64,000 nucleotides of DNA from Hormiphora californensis (taxonomy: Eukaryota > Animalia > Ctenophora), in assembly GCA_020137815.1 (NCBI GenBank), contig CM035358.1, positions 4,216,001-4,280,000 on the forward strand, in the 5' to 3' direction. The notes below the pieces were generated by a model that was not told the DNA's origin, did no database searches, and worked only from the letters and a program-made list of their open reading frames with translations. The translations under genes were made by a program, and so were the position numbers. Numbering within the stretch: the stretch's first letter is position 1; the number at the start of each line of letters is the position of its first letter. Shown piece after piece: positions 1 through 37,184 of this stretch.

Positions 1-1
1 A

Positions 2-1180
2 CAACACCTTTGCAACGCCGGAGCCCTAGCTAAGAAATATCTTGAAACCCCCCGTGTCCACCCCCGGTTGGTGTATGACAAAACCCGTGATCTTCAAATC
101 GTGAAACCATATAACATGACAATTAGCACGCGGTTATCATCAAAAACGGTCAAGTTAACTGCTAAACAGTGGCTAGAGTTAACATCACGTGACCCGATAC
201 CACGGTGTCTGAGATCCCAACATCTAACATCGCTTATCGAGGGTGGGGTCATGAAGGTCGATGGCAAGATAATCCCTCCGGGTATGTTGCTAAAAGGCCG
301 AGATCAAGTCACCCGAACCCACCACCGTCATGAGAGAGTTGTTCCGGTGGTAAGCGTGGATGGTATCATACCAGAACCAGTAATTCCAACATTATGGAGT
401 GTGGATAAACCTGCTGGTCTACCTGCACTAATGGATCTGAGGACCCATTACTACAACTCCCTCCCCTTTATGTTACACTCCTTCAAACTCCTCCCAGCAG
501 CAACACCAATTGTGGTCAACAACCTGGGGTTAGCGTCCGGAATTGTGTTGCTAGGCAGCAACCATAAGGTAGTGACACGGTTTAGAAGGGTGATTTTGAG
601 TGGGGGAGTGCAGTTTGAGTACCTGGCACGGGTTCACGGTCACATGGAAAAGGGTGGGGATGATGTAGAGATATTGGAGCGAGGTGTGGGGAGTACTTTA
701 GTGAGAGTTGTAACGAGGAATCTAAATATTGAACATGTTACACATTCCCTTTTCTCTCGGGGACACCCTGTACTCAACGACTGGGAAAACCTAAAAAACC
801 ACCCAAGGGCGTACATCACTAAATCTCTGACGCTGGATTTTGCGGATCGGCCAATTGATGGTCTGTTTAGCGGAAAGAGAAAGAAGCTAGTTGACAGTAA
901 AGTTGCCACCTGTTCGGTTATGGAAGACCCGCTTTCAAAAACGAAGGAACTATACGTTATTGAGCCACAACATCTCAAACTAACAGGAGAACTGAGCGAG
1001 TATTACAACAGTTATACTAAAACTGTCCGGGGATCACATGTTAAAAGTACAAACTGTGCAGAGTGTAATGTTATGAGATTACCACTACCAGTTCCACTTC
1101 TATCGCCCAATATTCACCTTCAGTCCGTAGTGGCGGATGGGATTTGTGTTATTAGCAGGGAGACGCCCTCCTGGGCTTAG
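2..1180 (+). CDS. RluA/RPUSD2-family pseudouridine synthase-like protein, 5'-partial, catalytic motif degenerate
   Basis: Frame is open to the window edge. S4-like segment followed by HRHE, motif I VDKPAGLP, GHPVLND, and C-terminal CxxC...PSWA as in RPUSD2. Motif II HRLD is replaced by VNNLGLASG. Confidence 0.75.
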   Translation, partial: QHLCNAGALAKKYLETPRVHPRLVYDKTRDLQIVKPYNMTISTRLSSKTVKLTAKQWLELTSRDPIPRCLRSQHLTSLIEGGVMKVDGKIIPPGMLLKGRDQVTRTHHRHERVVPVVSVDGIIPEPVIPTLWSVDKPAGLPALMDLRTHYYNSLPFMLHSFKLLPAATPIVVNNLGLASGIVLLGSNHKVVTRFRRVILSGGVQFEYLARVHGHMEKGGDDVEILERGVGSTLVRVVTRNLNIEHVTHSLFSRGHPVLNDWENLKNHPRAYITKSLTLDFADRPIDGLFSGKRKKLVDSKVATCSVMEDPLSKTKELYVIEPQHLKLTGELSEYYNSYTKTVRGSHVKSTNCAECNVMRLPLPVPLLSPNIHLQSVVADGICVISRETPSWA

Positions 1181-1835
1181 ATTTGAGTGGAGTTTCTTTT
1201 TTTCAATATTAATGTGTTCTTTTTTTACTAAAAACTGTAAAATGATGCTTTTTGATTTTGAACCGTCTTCAATACATACCGATAAATGTTCGGTGACGCG
1301 CAGGGTCTCGGTTGTGTAAAAAGCAGTGTTTCAGCATCGGATAGGTGCGCAACACAAAATCAGGCTGAGTTTGAATGAGTGCTGACAAGCGCGAGAATCA
1401 AGAGAGGCACTAAAGCTGAAAAAGCGATCGAGTCTGAAACAACTGTGCTGGTCGAGACTATTCATTAGGTGATCGAAGATGCCGTTCACATTGTACGGTC
1501 AAGTTTGTCATTATTGGCAAAGTTGATGAGTAGTAAAAGTTCAAAACGCAGCAAGTTAACGATTGGTCAACAAAATAAAAACTAATAAACAAACATTAAA
1601 CACACGGCAAACAAATTGTCAATATATCTTTATACAGTCTTTCTTCACATGTCAGGGTGGCATACTTTAAACCAACTTTTATCAAATTCACAAATCTTCT
1701 TCGTCGAGGCAATCTCAAATTCATTTATCACTCATATCAAATGCGCCTGAAAAATAGTGAAATATTAGTTAATAGCTAAAGTAATAAGAAAACCAATGCC
1801 CAAGAGCTAGCATTTAAAAAGTCTTCTCCTCACCA

Positions 1836-8787
<6,952 letters not shown>

Positions 8788-8953
8788 GACATTTACATTC
8801 CTTAATTGGAATAGAGAGATAGATTAGAGATCTATATGAATGGATTAGAGATTGGTATAATCTGAGATTGGTTTTGACAATCATGGGGGTCAGAACGCAG
8901 TAAACTTTGGCTGGAAATAAATAAAATGTATTAAAACACACAACAGAGTAGAT

Positions 8954-9409
8954 CTACAGCCGTCGACCACGTCGTCCTCCCTTCCTCCTGGTGCTGTCAG
9001 TAGGGATGGGGGTTACATCCTCGATCCGGCCAATCTTCATTCCAGATCGGGCAAGAGCTCGCAGGGCATTCTGGGCACCGGGTCCGGGGGTCTTGGACTT
9101 GTTTCCACCAGTGGCCCTCAGTTTGATGTGCAGGGCAGAGATTTTCAGGGCTCGGCACCTCTCGGCGACATCCTGGGCGGCCAACATAGCAGCGTAGGGG
9201 GAGGACTCATCTCGGTCAGCCTTCACCTTCATTCCTCCGGTAACTCGGACAAGGGTTTCCTTGCCTGAAAGATCAGTGATGTGGACGAAGGTATCGTTGA
9301 ATGAGGCGAAGATGTGGGCAACTCCGAAAACCTCCTCTCCGTCCTTGACCTGGGGTCCGAGACTGATGTTAGTCTCCTCCTTCGCGACCTTTCCTTTTCG
9401 GGGTGCCAT
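8954..9409 (-). CDS. RPS14: 40S ribosomal protein S14 (uS11)
   Basis: Near-canonical sequence: [53 protein letters not shown]. Confidence 0.98.
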   Translation of the reverse strand: MAPRKGKVAKEETNISLGPQVKDGEEVFGVAHIFASFNDTFVHITDLSGKETLVRVTGGMKVKADRDESSPYAAMLAAQDVAERCRALKISALHIKLRATGGNKSKTPGPGAQNALRALARSGMKIGRIEDVTPIPTDSTRRKGGRRGRRL

Positions 9410-9645
9410 TGTTGCACGGACTAAGGGGAAGAGATAATTCGTTAATTAAGCGATTTATACATATTTTAACTGTGGCAGCCAGTCAAAAAGATAGGCCTGA
9501 TAACTTATTTTAGAGTAGATTTATGGAAGGGAACCCCCAGCCCAGGCTCTACATTTTTTGTAAAGCTGCTGCTGGTTCAACGTTCTGGTATGAGACACGG
9601 ACGTGGTTTGTACACTGCGTGGTTTGTACACTGCGGGCCTGTTAC

Positions 9646-9660
9646 CCTTGCGTGGAAGAG
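9646..9660 (-). promoter_or_regulatory. Putative TCT/5'TOP start and non-coding first exon of RPS14
   Basis: Minus strand CTCTTCCACGCAAGG|GTAACA donor, pairing with acceptor CCTTAG just before the RPS14 ATG. Confidence 0.5.
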
Positions 9661-9699
9661 CCACGGCCAAGGCCCAAGGGCTGAGGGCGGAAATTTCAA

Positions 9700-10060
9700 A
9701 ATTTGGAACAGAAAAAAGAAGACCAAGTTTGTAAAAAAAGTTAGAAAAAGTTCGCGCGGCGTTGATTCGTCCAGCAATGCGGCAGCGCAGTAATTAAAAT
9801 TAATCGCGCGTTACATTTTGTTCGCGTAAAATTAAAAGTAAAAGGTCAGGTTGATTTTCTCATTTTCTTGTCTCAGAACTTTTTTAAACTCAAAACTCGA
9901 ACCTTTGAAAAGCGCTGCCTTATCCCGTTGGAATGCGCTGCAGCCCCCTCATGCGCGCACCCCCGCAACGAGGGGACTGGAGGGAATGCCGCGCGCGCGT
10001 TTGGCCTGAGCCCGGCTGGGTCGAAAATAACTTTGCGAGCGAAAAAACGGCGGTGCTTAT
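9700..10060. promoter_or_regulatory. Putative divergent promoter (RPS14 / DOK-like gene)
   Basis: CpG/CGCG-rich with A-tracts, lying at a divergent strand switch. Confidence 0.55.
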
Positions 10061-10559
10061 AACTTTGGCCCCTGAAGTCCGTTTGACTTGATTCTTTCAC
10101 TAGCTGTTAGATCTGACAATTATCTACCTTGCTGTTTTTGAGAGGAGTTAATTGGACTTCAGGAGGCTGAGCAATAACCGTTCAAAGATTGGTTGTTTTC
10201 AAAAAGTGACGTCACAGGTCCATGCAGGGACACTTTGTTTCAAATTTGAATTAAAATCTCGAATTTTTTTATTTTACCGCACTCGATTTTGCGGAGTTTG
10301 GTTCATATCTTCTGTTCCTGATAAGATAGAGACCTGCAACCGGTTGCATTTGAAAGCTGTTATCTTTCTCTTTCCAACGCTACCAAAACGATTTCTGTAC
10401 CTTATCTGGAACCGGAGATATGATTGATTATGTATTCCCCCCTAGCGCGGTATTCCCTCCAGGCCCCTTATATTATATTATAAGGGGCCTGCAACGTATG
10501 CCAACTTATCCCGCGCTGCCAGCAACGTTTGCCAACTCGAACCTCGAAATTCAAGTTTC

Positions 10560-10843
10560 ATAGGGATCCCTAAAAAAGTTCAGTATTTACACAGCGTTTC
10601 CACAGTCTTTACACAGTCGTTACACCCAGAGCGCCCGCGCCGCTCTGGGTGTAAAGACTGCGTCTTTCGCACTCGATTTGCAGCGTTTTCGGAAAGTTTT
10701 TTCGCCGCAGCGCTCAATTTACTCAGTTGGGCAGCACACAATCCAATATTTTCTTAGAAAAAGCCGCAAAACGCAGCACGCGCCGCTCTGGGTGTAACGA
10801 CTGTGTAAACGCTGTGTAAATACTGAACTTTAGGGATCCCTAT
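10560..10843. mobile_element. MITE-like inverted-repeat element
   Basis: Ends TAGGGATCCCTA..AAGTTCAGTATTTACACAGCGTTT and the reverse complement; internal repeats CGCGCCGCTCTGGGTGTAA. Confidence 0.7.
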
Positions 10844-11002
10844 AATTTGTTCCCTGAAGTCTGCTGTCTGAACACGCAACACAGTAATGCATCCCCTAAC
10901 GGGTACTCACTGAGCGCTACTCAGTCTACGTTAGCACCCGGCTGCCATTTATCACATGCAATAATAACACTAATCGTAACAATTTTCATCTAGATTTTAG
11001 GA

Positions 11003-29468
<18,466 letters not shown>

Positions 29469-31178
29469 TCATCTCCGAAAAATGATGATGGCTGGGTCTA
29501 CCGGAGAAGAAGACGACGTGTGCGGGTGGGGTTTCAAATCCGATTTATGGGAACGGAGCACCCTGTCCCCAGAAACTCCAGACTTGAGAGATAGAGAGAA
29601 CTGTGATATGTGTGTTGTACTGATTGAACGATATAATGATCGCGTGTTCGAGAGATAGGTCTTCTTTGATTAAATCGCAGATTAAAATCCAGTTTGTTTG
29701 TTTGTTTGAAGAGTCATTGCGACTTATGATATCGTTTGAGTGTTTCGTTAAAATCTTTCGTTTAACAAAGTACAGCATCTTAAAGCAAGACGTGTCTCAG
29801 GCCCTTGCTTAGTGGTCAAACTAGCTTCTAGTTCTACGGATTTGACATAGTAAACTTGGATCACGATGTGAGAGAGAGATAGAGGTTAACGCGTTGTTGT
29901 GGTGATTAATATTTCCTTTAAGTGAGACCCGATATGAAGCTGAGCAACAATTTTGATTGAAATCCATAATTTGAGAGAGGTGTCATGATATATTGAAGAA
30001 CACACACGCCACACATCTTGTGTTTGTTGTTTGTATAATTCCAATTTGAGAGATGATCTTTACAACAAAATGCAGACGTGTTTCCCCTTGTACAGGGTTG
30101 CGGTTGTGGGAGTTATTGCAGCAGGCCGTGTTCGATATTTTACCTTCCTACACAGACGGGCGACATGAGCTAAGAGCTGCAGAGGTTGGTCTTGGTGTAG
30201 CGCGCGAGGTCTCCTTTCTGATGGAGCGCGCGCAAAGTGGACCGAGCAAGACATTCGATACCACGTGATTATATTTGATCATCGGCTCGGGCCGGAATAT
30301 TTCCTGGATATGCGAAACGAGATGATGATTTTCTAAATCAACATAAATAGCAGACACTGATGTTTCTAGAAGGCAATGATGCTGCAACTAATGTGGTCTA
30401 GAAATTCAATACTCAATTTCATCATTGAATCTCATATTTTACATTTTGATAGTGAACATCTTTCATCTGAAAGGTCTGAGAATGTTCTAGATCGGTCCAC
30501 TTCATTTGTTTAGCACAACATGAGCTAACTGAATAACTCTGACACTCTGTGACTGTCAAAGCCACCGGTCGGCGGTCAGTGACAGAAGCCACCAAAGAAA
30601 CATACCTCCGACATGCTCTAAGTCAGATTGTTTTTCTCTCTCTCAATTAGTGCAAGCACTACTTGCCAAGCAGAACACCGATACGAGGTTGTACCGGTAG
30701 GCCACACTAGTTCCCACGCAAAAACTTCCGCCTACTCGCGGGAGATGTGATACTAGAGTGTCTGTCTGTACAACCCCCATTGTTTCCCACCAGATTCATT
30801 TCACATTTCCCACGACATGATATTGCATGTCAACTCCACCTCCACATCCTCTTGCTTTTGCTATCCAGCGCCGCCAGGCATTGACAATCTCACGGCGTGC
30901 CGGCCACGCGAGGTCGCCTGAGCGGGCGCTCAAAATTGTCTTGCAAATGCCGGACGGCGCTGGGTTGCATTAGCAGTTCGTTACCGCGCGCTCCGTCACA
31001 TTCAAACGAACAAAGCGGGAGGCGATCTCAGCCCGGCCGCACACTTTCTAGAGAGGGGAGGGAGAGATAATCAGGAAGTACGTGGGCGGCCGTGCTGCTT
31101 CGATCAATGAACAACAACGACAACATTTCTTTGTTTTCTCATAAATTAAAAGGACACAGTAAAAAGATTGATCCCGGA

Positions 31179-31491
31179 TCACCTCAGCCTTCGGGCTTCC
31201 CTCTCAGACTCAAGGAGGGTAAGGATGTCTCCCTCTCGGACGGGTCCCTTCACGTTCCTGATGATGCATCGCGTGTTGTCATCCAGAAATTCAACTTTCA
31301 CCTGAACAAAGGGAGAGGGTGGTTAGAACACATCTCTAAATTAATAAGATCTGTTTCTATTGACGGGAAATCAAACGAAATCGAATTAATTAATTAATTA
31401 ATTCGCAAATTACCTGAGTACACTGTCCCTGAGATCCGGTTCGTCCAAGAATCTTGGTGACCTTAGCCAGCTTCTTCGCAGCCTCATCCAT
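31179..31491 (-). CDS. RPS28: 40S ribosomal protein S28 (eS28); exons 31491-31414 and 31301-31179
   Basis: [26 protein letters not shown]|[40 protein letters not shown]. Absent from the ORF track. Confidence 0.97.
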
Positions 31492-31819
31492 GACTTACAC
31501 GAGCTAGTAACAAGGGGTAGTGTAAGCTTTGGTGTTTGGGGTCAAGGGTGAGTTTGGTTTGGTTTGGGGTGAGGGGAGTTCTTTCGATAAAATTCTCGGA
31601 CAGGGTCCGGTGAGTTTGGGAGAGGGATGATATTCCTTTGGTTTGGTCACTTTGGGAGATGGGTTTTGGGACACATTGAAGGAAACATCGCTACTTCGAA
31701 ATTTTAAATCGGTCATATGATGAATAAAAATGTATTGAAAATAAGTTAAAAATAGACCAAGTCATATGTCATATATTATACTTTATTTACACAGTTAAAA
31801 ACTTGGTGTTTACATTTAC

Positions 31820-31928
31820 CAGGAACCGACCGAAACAAGTAAATAACCAATCAGAACTCGTTATTTAGGTCACGTGACTGGTTATCAGCCAATCAGCGAC
31901 CAGTATTTCCTGATTCGGTCGGTTCCTG
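31820..31928. mobile_element. hAT-like MITE copy at the UHRF1 stop codon
   Basis: TIRs and 8-bp TSD ACATTTAC (31812-31819 and 31929-31936). Confidence 0.9.
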
Positions 31929-31932
31929 ACAT

Positions 31933-34134
31933 TTACCTACCAACAGTATATGTCGGGAAAACCTCCACCAACACACTCTGTAACCCCTTATTAACCTCCA
32001 TCCTAAAGTCCCGACCCAAATCAAACCTACAACACGGACAAGTGTAAACCTCCGCCTTGAAACTTCTCCTCAAACAACCCTGACAGAGATTGTGGAAGCA
32101 GGGAGTTGTGACGGGTTGGTAAACTAGTTCCGTGCAGATGATACACGTGAAGGTTTCCGTTGTGGTGGAATGAAATTCAGAGGAGGGATGAGAGAGGATG
32201 TCAGTCCAGAGTTTGGAGTTGGAGGTGTCCGCTTTGATGAGTTCCCTCACTTTCTCACTAATAAATACCTCCTCGTGTAGTTGTGTGGCTGGTTTCTTGT
32301 TAGATGGTTTGAGGTGTCCCCCTCCACTTTCTCTTTTCCTCTTTTTACTCCCTCCATTCTCCTTGTTCTCTCCACCAGGCAGGAAGCCCTCGGGATAAAT
32401 CATTTTGAGACCGAGTTCCTTGCTCCGTTTCTTGCCTTCGGGGGTCCACGGTGCTGGTTCGGGATCATCTCGCCTCAGAAAGTATCTCCAAACCAAGAAA
32501 CCACTTTTCCCCTCTTCTGGCCAGTACTTTACCAGCTTGTATGTTCCATCATACCTGTACCCCTCACTAGGGGCGTATTTAGAGTGTTTGGCAAGTTTAG
32601 CGCTCCGAACGACACGGATAGGACGTCCCTCAGTCCAATCCTCTGCCTCTCCTCCCTCCTTACTCAGTTTGGTAGCACAACTCCTCGCCAGAGCTAGATT
32701 CATCTTTGTCAGCTTCTGATCACTACTCTGCCCCGCGGATCGCTTGTTCCCACTCAGATCCCTACCCCCAGATCCGGTATAATAAAACTCCTCCCCTAGA
32801 TCCTGATCGTCCTCATATCCCCCGGATAGGACAATCGAGTAAGCAGCATCGTTCTCCCGACCATGAATCCCCGCCACATGGAGTCTGTGGATCCCAACCT
32901 CAGAAACCTGGAGTCTATACCACCAGAGTGATCCAACTGGTATACCTGGAATAGGGCCGCTGTGGGTATGGGGCACAATACTGCAGATCTTGTTGAGACC
33001 CTGACACGACATGCCCTTACCCCAGTCCCGTTTAGAAACTGTACCCTTGGTTTTTTTCCGCTTTTTCAGGCCCTCCCCCGCTCGAACTATCTCTGTTTCA
33101 TCGTTTTTACATCCTGGACAATACCACTCGTCAGTATCAGGGATTTTCTCCAAAGGTGGGTCAAGACAGTAGATGTGGTATGCTGCGTTACACTCATCGC
33201 AAAGGATTTGTTTGTCAGGATGTTCCTTACCCCCGCACACATAACATCCACATTCCTTACATTTCTTCCTCGTGTTGTCATGACAATGGGCGCATTGTGG
33301 AGCTGATTGTCGCTTAGCAACGGCGGGTGTCTTCAGTTTCTTCTCCGGTCTGCTTTCCCGGCTTTCAATCCGGTAGATGTCATCAAGGAAGGATAGTTTA
33401 GCTGAAACAACGCCCGTTCCTGAAGTTACATCAGCTGTGACGTCACTTATGACGTCATTGCTCTTCGTTACCATGGTAACCACGGCATCATACCAAAAAC
33501 CTCGTTCACCGGGATCGTCAAAGTTGTGGTTTACCATACACTTCACACCGGCCACCAGATCACATTTCGGGATGATATGTTGCGCTCTGGGTCTGATATC
33601 GAACTTGGTGACGGTCAGATTATCTCCATCTTCATACCCATCTAGAGAAACTGTGTAAAGTGGTTCGGTAAGAGATACTTGTGATGTAAAACACCTCTTT
33701 ACAACTCCCTCAAACCAAGCACCAGTCTCAGTTTCACACACATCAACTTCCTCCCCTACCAGATATATCCCATCAACATCACTCTCCACTGAACCACTCT
33801 CAGTTTTACCACTTTTCTCCTCATTTTTACCACTTTTATCCTCATTTTTACCACTTTTCTCCTTGCTAGTTTTAGTAGTTTCACTCTCCCCCTCCTCCTC
33901 TGTAACAGCAGGACTTATCATCAACTGCAGGATATCATTCACACCTACACCATACTCGAAGAGGGTGTGTTTATCAACCAGCTGTTTTCCCCGGTAAAAT
34001 AGCCGGGTCCGTGCCGCAGGGATATCCCATCGTTCTGAGATCTTGCCACGGATCACCTTGATCTTAGTCTGCTTGCTCAGCCCATCGAAGCGCTCTGTCC
34101 TGTCACCGGTAAACGTTCTCACGCTGATCCACAT
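31933..34134 (-). CDS. UHRF1: E3 ubiquitin ligase UHRF1 (UBL, tandem Tudor, PHD, SRA, RING), intronless
   Basis: MWISVRTF UBL; CDEC..YHIYCL PHD; SRA VAGIHG..AYSIVLSGGYEDD..YTGSGGRDLSGNKR; RING CIIC..PCFH..C..C. Confidence 0.97.
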   Translation of the reverse strand: MWISVRTFTGDRTERFDGLSKQTKIKVIRGKISERWDIPAARTRLFYRGKQLVDKHTLFEYGVGVNDILQLMISPAVTEEEGESETTKTSKEKSGKNEDKSGKNEEKSGKTESGSVESDVDGIYLVGEEVDVCETETGAWFEGVVKRCFTSQVSLTEPLYTVSLDGYEDGDNLTVTKFDIRPRAQHIIPKCDLVAGVKCMVNHNFDDPGERGFWYDAVVTMVTKSNDVISDVTADVTSGTGVVSAKLSFLDDIYRIESRESRPEKKLKTPAVAKRQSAPQCAHCHDNTRKKCKECGCYVCGGKEHPDKQILCDECNAAYHIYCLDPPLEKIPDTDEWYCPGCKNDETEIVRAGEGLKKRKKTKGTVSKRDWGKGMSCQGLNKICSIVPHTHSGPIPGIPVGSLWWYRLQVSEVGIHRLHVAGIHGRENDAAYSIVLSGGYEDDQDLGEEFYYTGSGGRDLSGNKRSAGQSSDQKLTKMNLALARSCATKLSKEGGEAEDWTEGRPIRVVRSAKLAKHSKYAPSEGYRYDGTYKLVKYWPEEGKSGFLVWRYFLRRDDPEPAPWTPEGKKRSKELGLKMIYPEGFLPGGENKENGGSKKRKRESGGGHLKPSNKKPATQLHEEVFISEKVRELIKADTSNSKLWTDILSHPSSEFHSTTTETFTCIICTELVYQPVTTPCFHNLCQGCLRRSFKAEVYTCPCCRFDLGRDFRMEVNKGLQSVLVEVFPTYTVGR

Positions 34135-34544
34135 TGGAGATATTTATGAAGGAGCACGGATGTGTTTATGAAGGAGCACGGATATGTTTATGAAGGAGCA
34201 GCAAGTGCCATTGGCGGAGAGGAGCTGGAACGAGCTACATCAAGGGAGAGAAAGCATGGTTAGAGGCTGAAAATAGATCAGAGAATGGAATGTATACAGC
34301 GTGACTTTATGCGTGTGCATATTAATCAGACCAAATAAAGGAACTTTGGAATTGGGGGTCAGGTCGAGGTAGGAGGACATTATTTACAAACACAGGGAGT
34401 GGTTTTTTATAAGAGAATAAATTAACAGACACGCACAATCAAGATATAATTTATAAAAAATCACAAATCACAGATACTTTATCACAACGGTAAAACAGCC
34501 CTTTTTTATCTCTTTTAACACATACACAGATCACAAAACAAATA

Positions 34545-34595
34545 CCGGGTGCCCCAAACTAAACTTGTAATGTCTATTAAATTCGGAACACCCTG
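34545..34595. mobile_element. Tiny Tc1/mariner-like MITE remnant
   Basis: TA-CCGGGTGCCCC...GGAACACCCTG-TA. Confidence 0.45.
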
Positions 34596-34623
34596 TAAAA
34601 AACAACACACCACTTACCCATCA

Positions 34624-36211
34624 TCAGGTGAACCATTTGCTCATGTAAGGTCCATCCAGCTCATACCCCAACTTCCTGTAATAGTTCCTTGTTCCCACCC
34701 CACTAATAACAGCTAACTTCCCACTGCCATGTTCCTCTCTCGCTATCCTCTCTGCCTCCTCCATCAACAAAGTCCCGAATCCCTGGTGTTGGAATTTCCT
34801 CGGATCCCGCCCGCTCACGGGAACAACACTCCCGTAAACATGGAGTTCCCGGACTACTGAGGTTCCCGGGGGTAGTTCAGGTCGGAATCCTGCTTCCGAG
34901 ACTTGTCGGAGTCGGAGGAGACCAATCAGAATGTCTTGTTCGGCATCTTCGTAGGATAGGAAGGTTTCCCAGCCTCCGTTTGCAGTGTAATCTCGTCTGA
35001 TCAACTCAACCTGGGTTGTTTAGAATGAGACGAGGTGGAGTGGAATTATTCAGAAGAACTCAATTAACATAATCGTTTAAAAGTTTGTTAAATATCGTTT
35101 CTCTCTCTCTCTCACCTGGTAAGGCCTGATTTTATGATGAATCTCCTGGATTCCCACCTCCCTAGTCCTCACATCCCGACAAGTCGTCCCCAATTCCTTC
35201 ATCCTCGCTAGGGCCAGTTCCCTCAGGTTCCCATGCTCTACCCCCGAACTGACAAGTGGCATTGGAATATCTCTCTGAACCCGGTACACTCGCGTCCAGG
35301 GTGGGACGAGAGCTAAAATCCGGGCCACAAGATCAATTAGAAGGTGAGGCGGGTAACTCCTGTAACGGCCAGTCTTCCACAATTCGTAAAGTCCTGTACC
35401 GCGGATTACAAGAGTTGGGTAGATTTTCAAGCCATCCGGGCGAAATAGGGGGTTCTCGAATATCTCCCTGAATTGTTCGATGTCCCGTTCAAATCCAACA
35501 TTGGGGAGATCGGGCATCATGTGGGTTACGACCTTGAAACCAGCATCCTTGGAGAGGTGAAATGATTCACAGCTTGCACGTGCTGTATGACCTGGTGGGG
35601 ATAGATTATCAATACTCTGTTGGGAAGGATTTGATATGATCAACCACGAAAGAAAATTATGATATTTTTGTCATCTGTTCCGGGTAACCCCTGTTTCTAA
35701 ATTTTGCCGACCTACACTGATAACTGTATGATATATTTCACAGATGACCGATCTAAGAACTCAATGCCAGGGAGAATATAATTTACCTCGGTTAGTATCC
35801 CGAGCAACATCTTCATACACACTCTGTACGCCTATCTCTAACCGTGTACACCCGTACCCCAGCATAGCTGACAGGTGCTTCTTCAGACAATAATCTGGTC
35901 GTGTCTCTATCGTAATACCTAAAGGTGTGGTTTGTGGATTAGGATGAGATTAAAATTCTAACTGAGATGAGACGAAAATATGATATTTTCGTGCAGATAT
36001 GTTTTAAATCTCTGCACTGAGCTTTTTTTAAAAAAGAAGAAGAAAAAAAAAGCAGATATGCACTGAGCTTTTCAGCGCTGTTTAATTAGATATATCTGTA
36101 ACACCTACCAATGCATTTGGTGTTGCTCTTCTCAGAGAACCGAACCGCTTCATCAACACTGCTACTGGTGTGGCCACTCAATGCATCGTGTAGATTCCTG
36201 AATGAATAGGG

Positions 36212-36257
<46 letters not shown>

Positions 36258-37184
36258 GATGTGGAGGAAATTATAATTTAGATCGTCTTCTGACATTCCA
36301 CCTAGCTAATATAACGGGGAAAGAGGGGGATGGAATGACACATATTTAGGTGCCGGCACGTCAGGGAAGGATCGCATTCATCTGTCTCTCACCTAATGAA
36401 GTAGTCCCTGTAGTTCTCAGGCAAGCTCATGAAGGTCCCTCCCATTACAATGAACTCCACCTTATCAACACTGTGCCCCAATTGCCGGAGTTGTTCAACC
36501 CGGTGCCGGGTTTGCAGGTACGGGTTGTACCGGGCACGAATAGCACGCATCGAGGTAGGCTCATACCTTGGGAGAGGGATGGGGTTTAGAATATAGGTGA
36601 GATTGGGGTTATAACACTGTGTAGACGTAGTTAACCAGACGCAACGATTGACCCAGAAATTGTATCATTCTAGACGACGCGGGAGGTATCATGAGCGAGT
36701 ATAATTCATTCACTCACTAGACACTTTGTTCACTCACTTTATACTAATTTACTACTTATTACCAACTGAGTACTATTTACTAACCAACTCACCCCGTGTA
36801 AGACTGAGTACTATACTCAAAATCCGAGTCCGGACCACCGGGACAGTAAACACAGATGTTCCCGGTAAAGGTAATATGTGGACACCTGTGAGGCTTACAC
36901 ATCACCGCGACAACTGCAATCCCACTGGCAGTCCTCACTGGTTTGGCTTTTAACTTGGGGAGGAGGATTTTCCGGTATTCGGGTGGAACAGCCGAGATAA
37001 TATCCACCAGTCGAGGTTGCGAGGGGCAGCCATGTTTTGATGCTATCCGGGTTTTCAGCTTGTTCAGGTTTACATCACGTTTTGATTTGTGTGCTGCGAT
37101 GAGCTCTTTTATGATATCGGAGACTGTTAGGAGGAGAAGCTCCTGAGGGGATAGGGTGGGTGCATGCCGCTTCTGTTTTACCAT
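34624..37184 (-). CDS. ELP3: Elongator complex protein 3 (radical SAM + KAT); exons 37184-36793, 36566-36393, 36197-36109, 35918-35787, 35591-35116, 35010-34624
   Basis: [31 protein letters not shown]; GITIETRPD; RVQRDIP; RELHVYG; QHQGFG; [10 protein letters not shown]. Confidence 0.97.
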
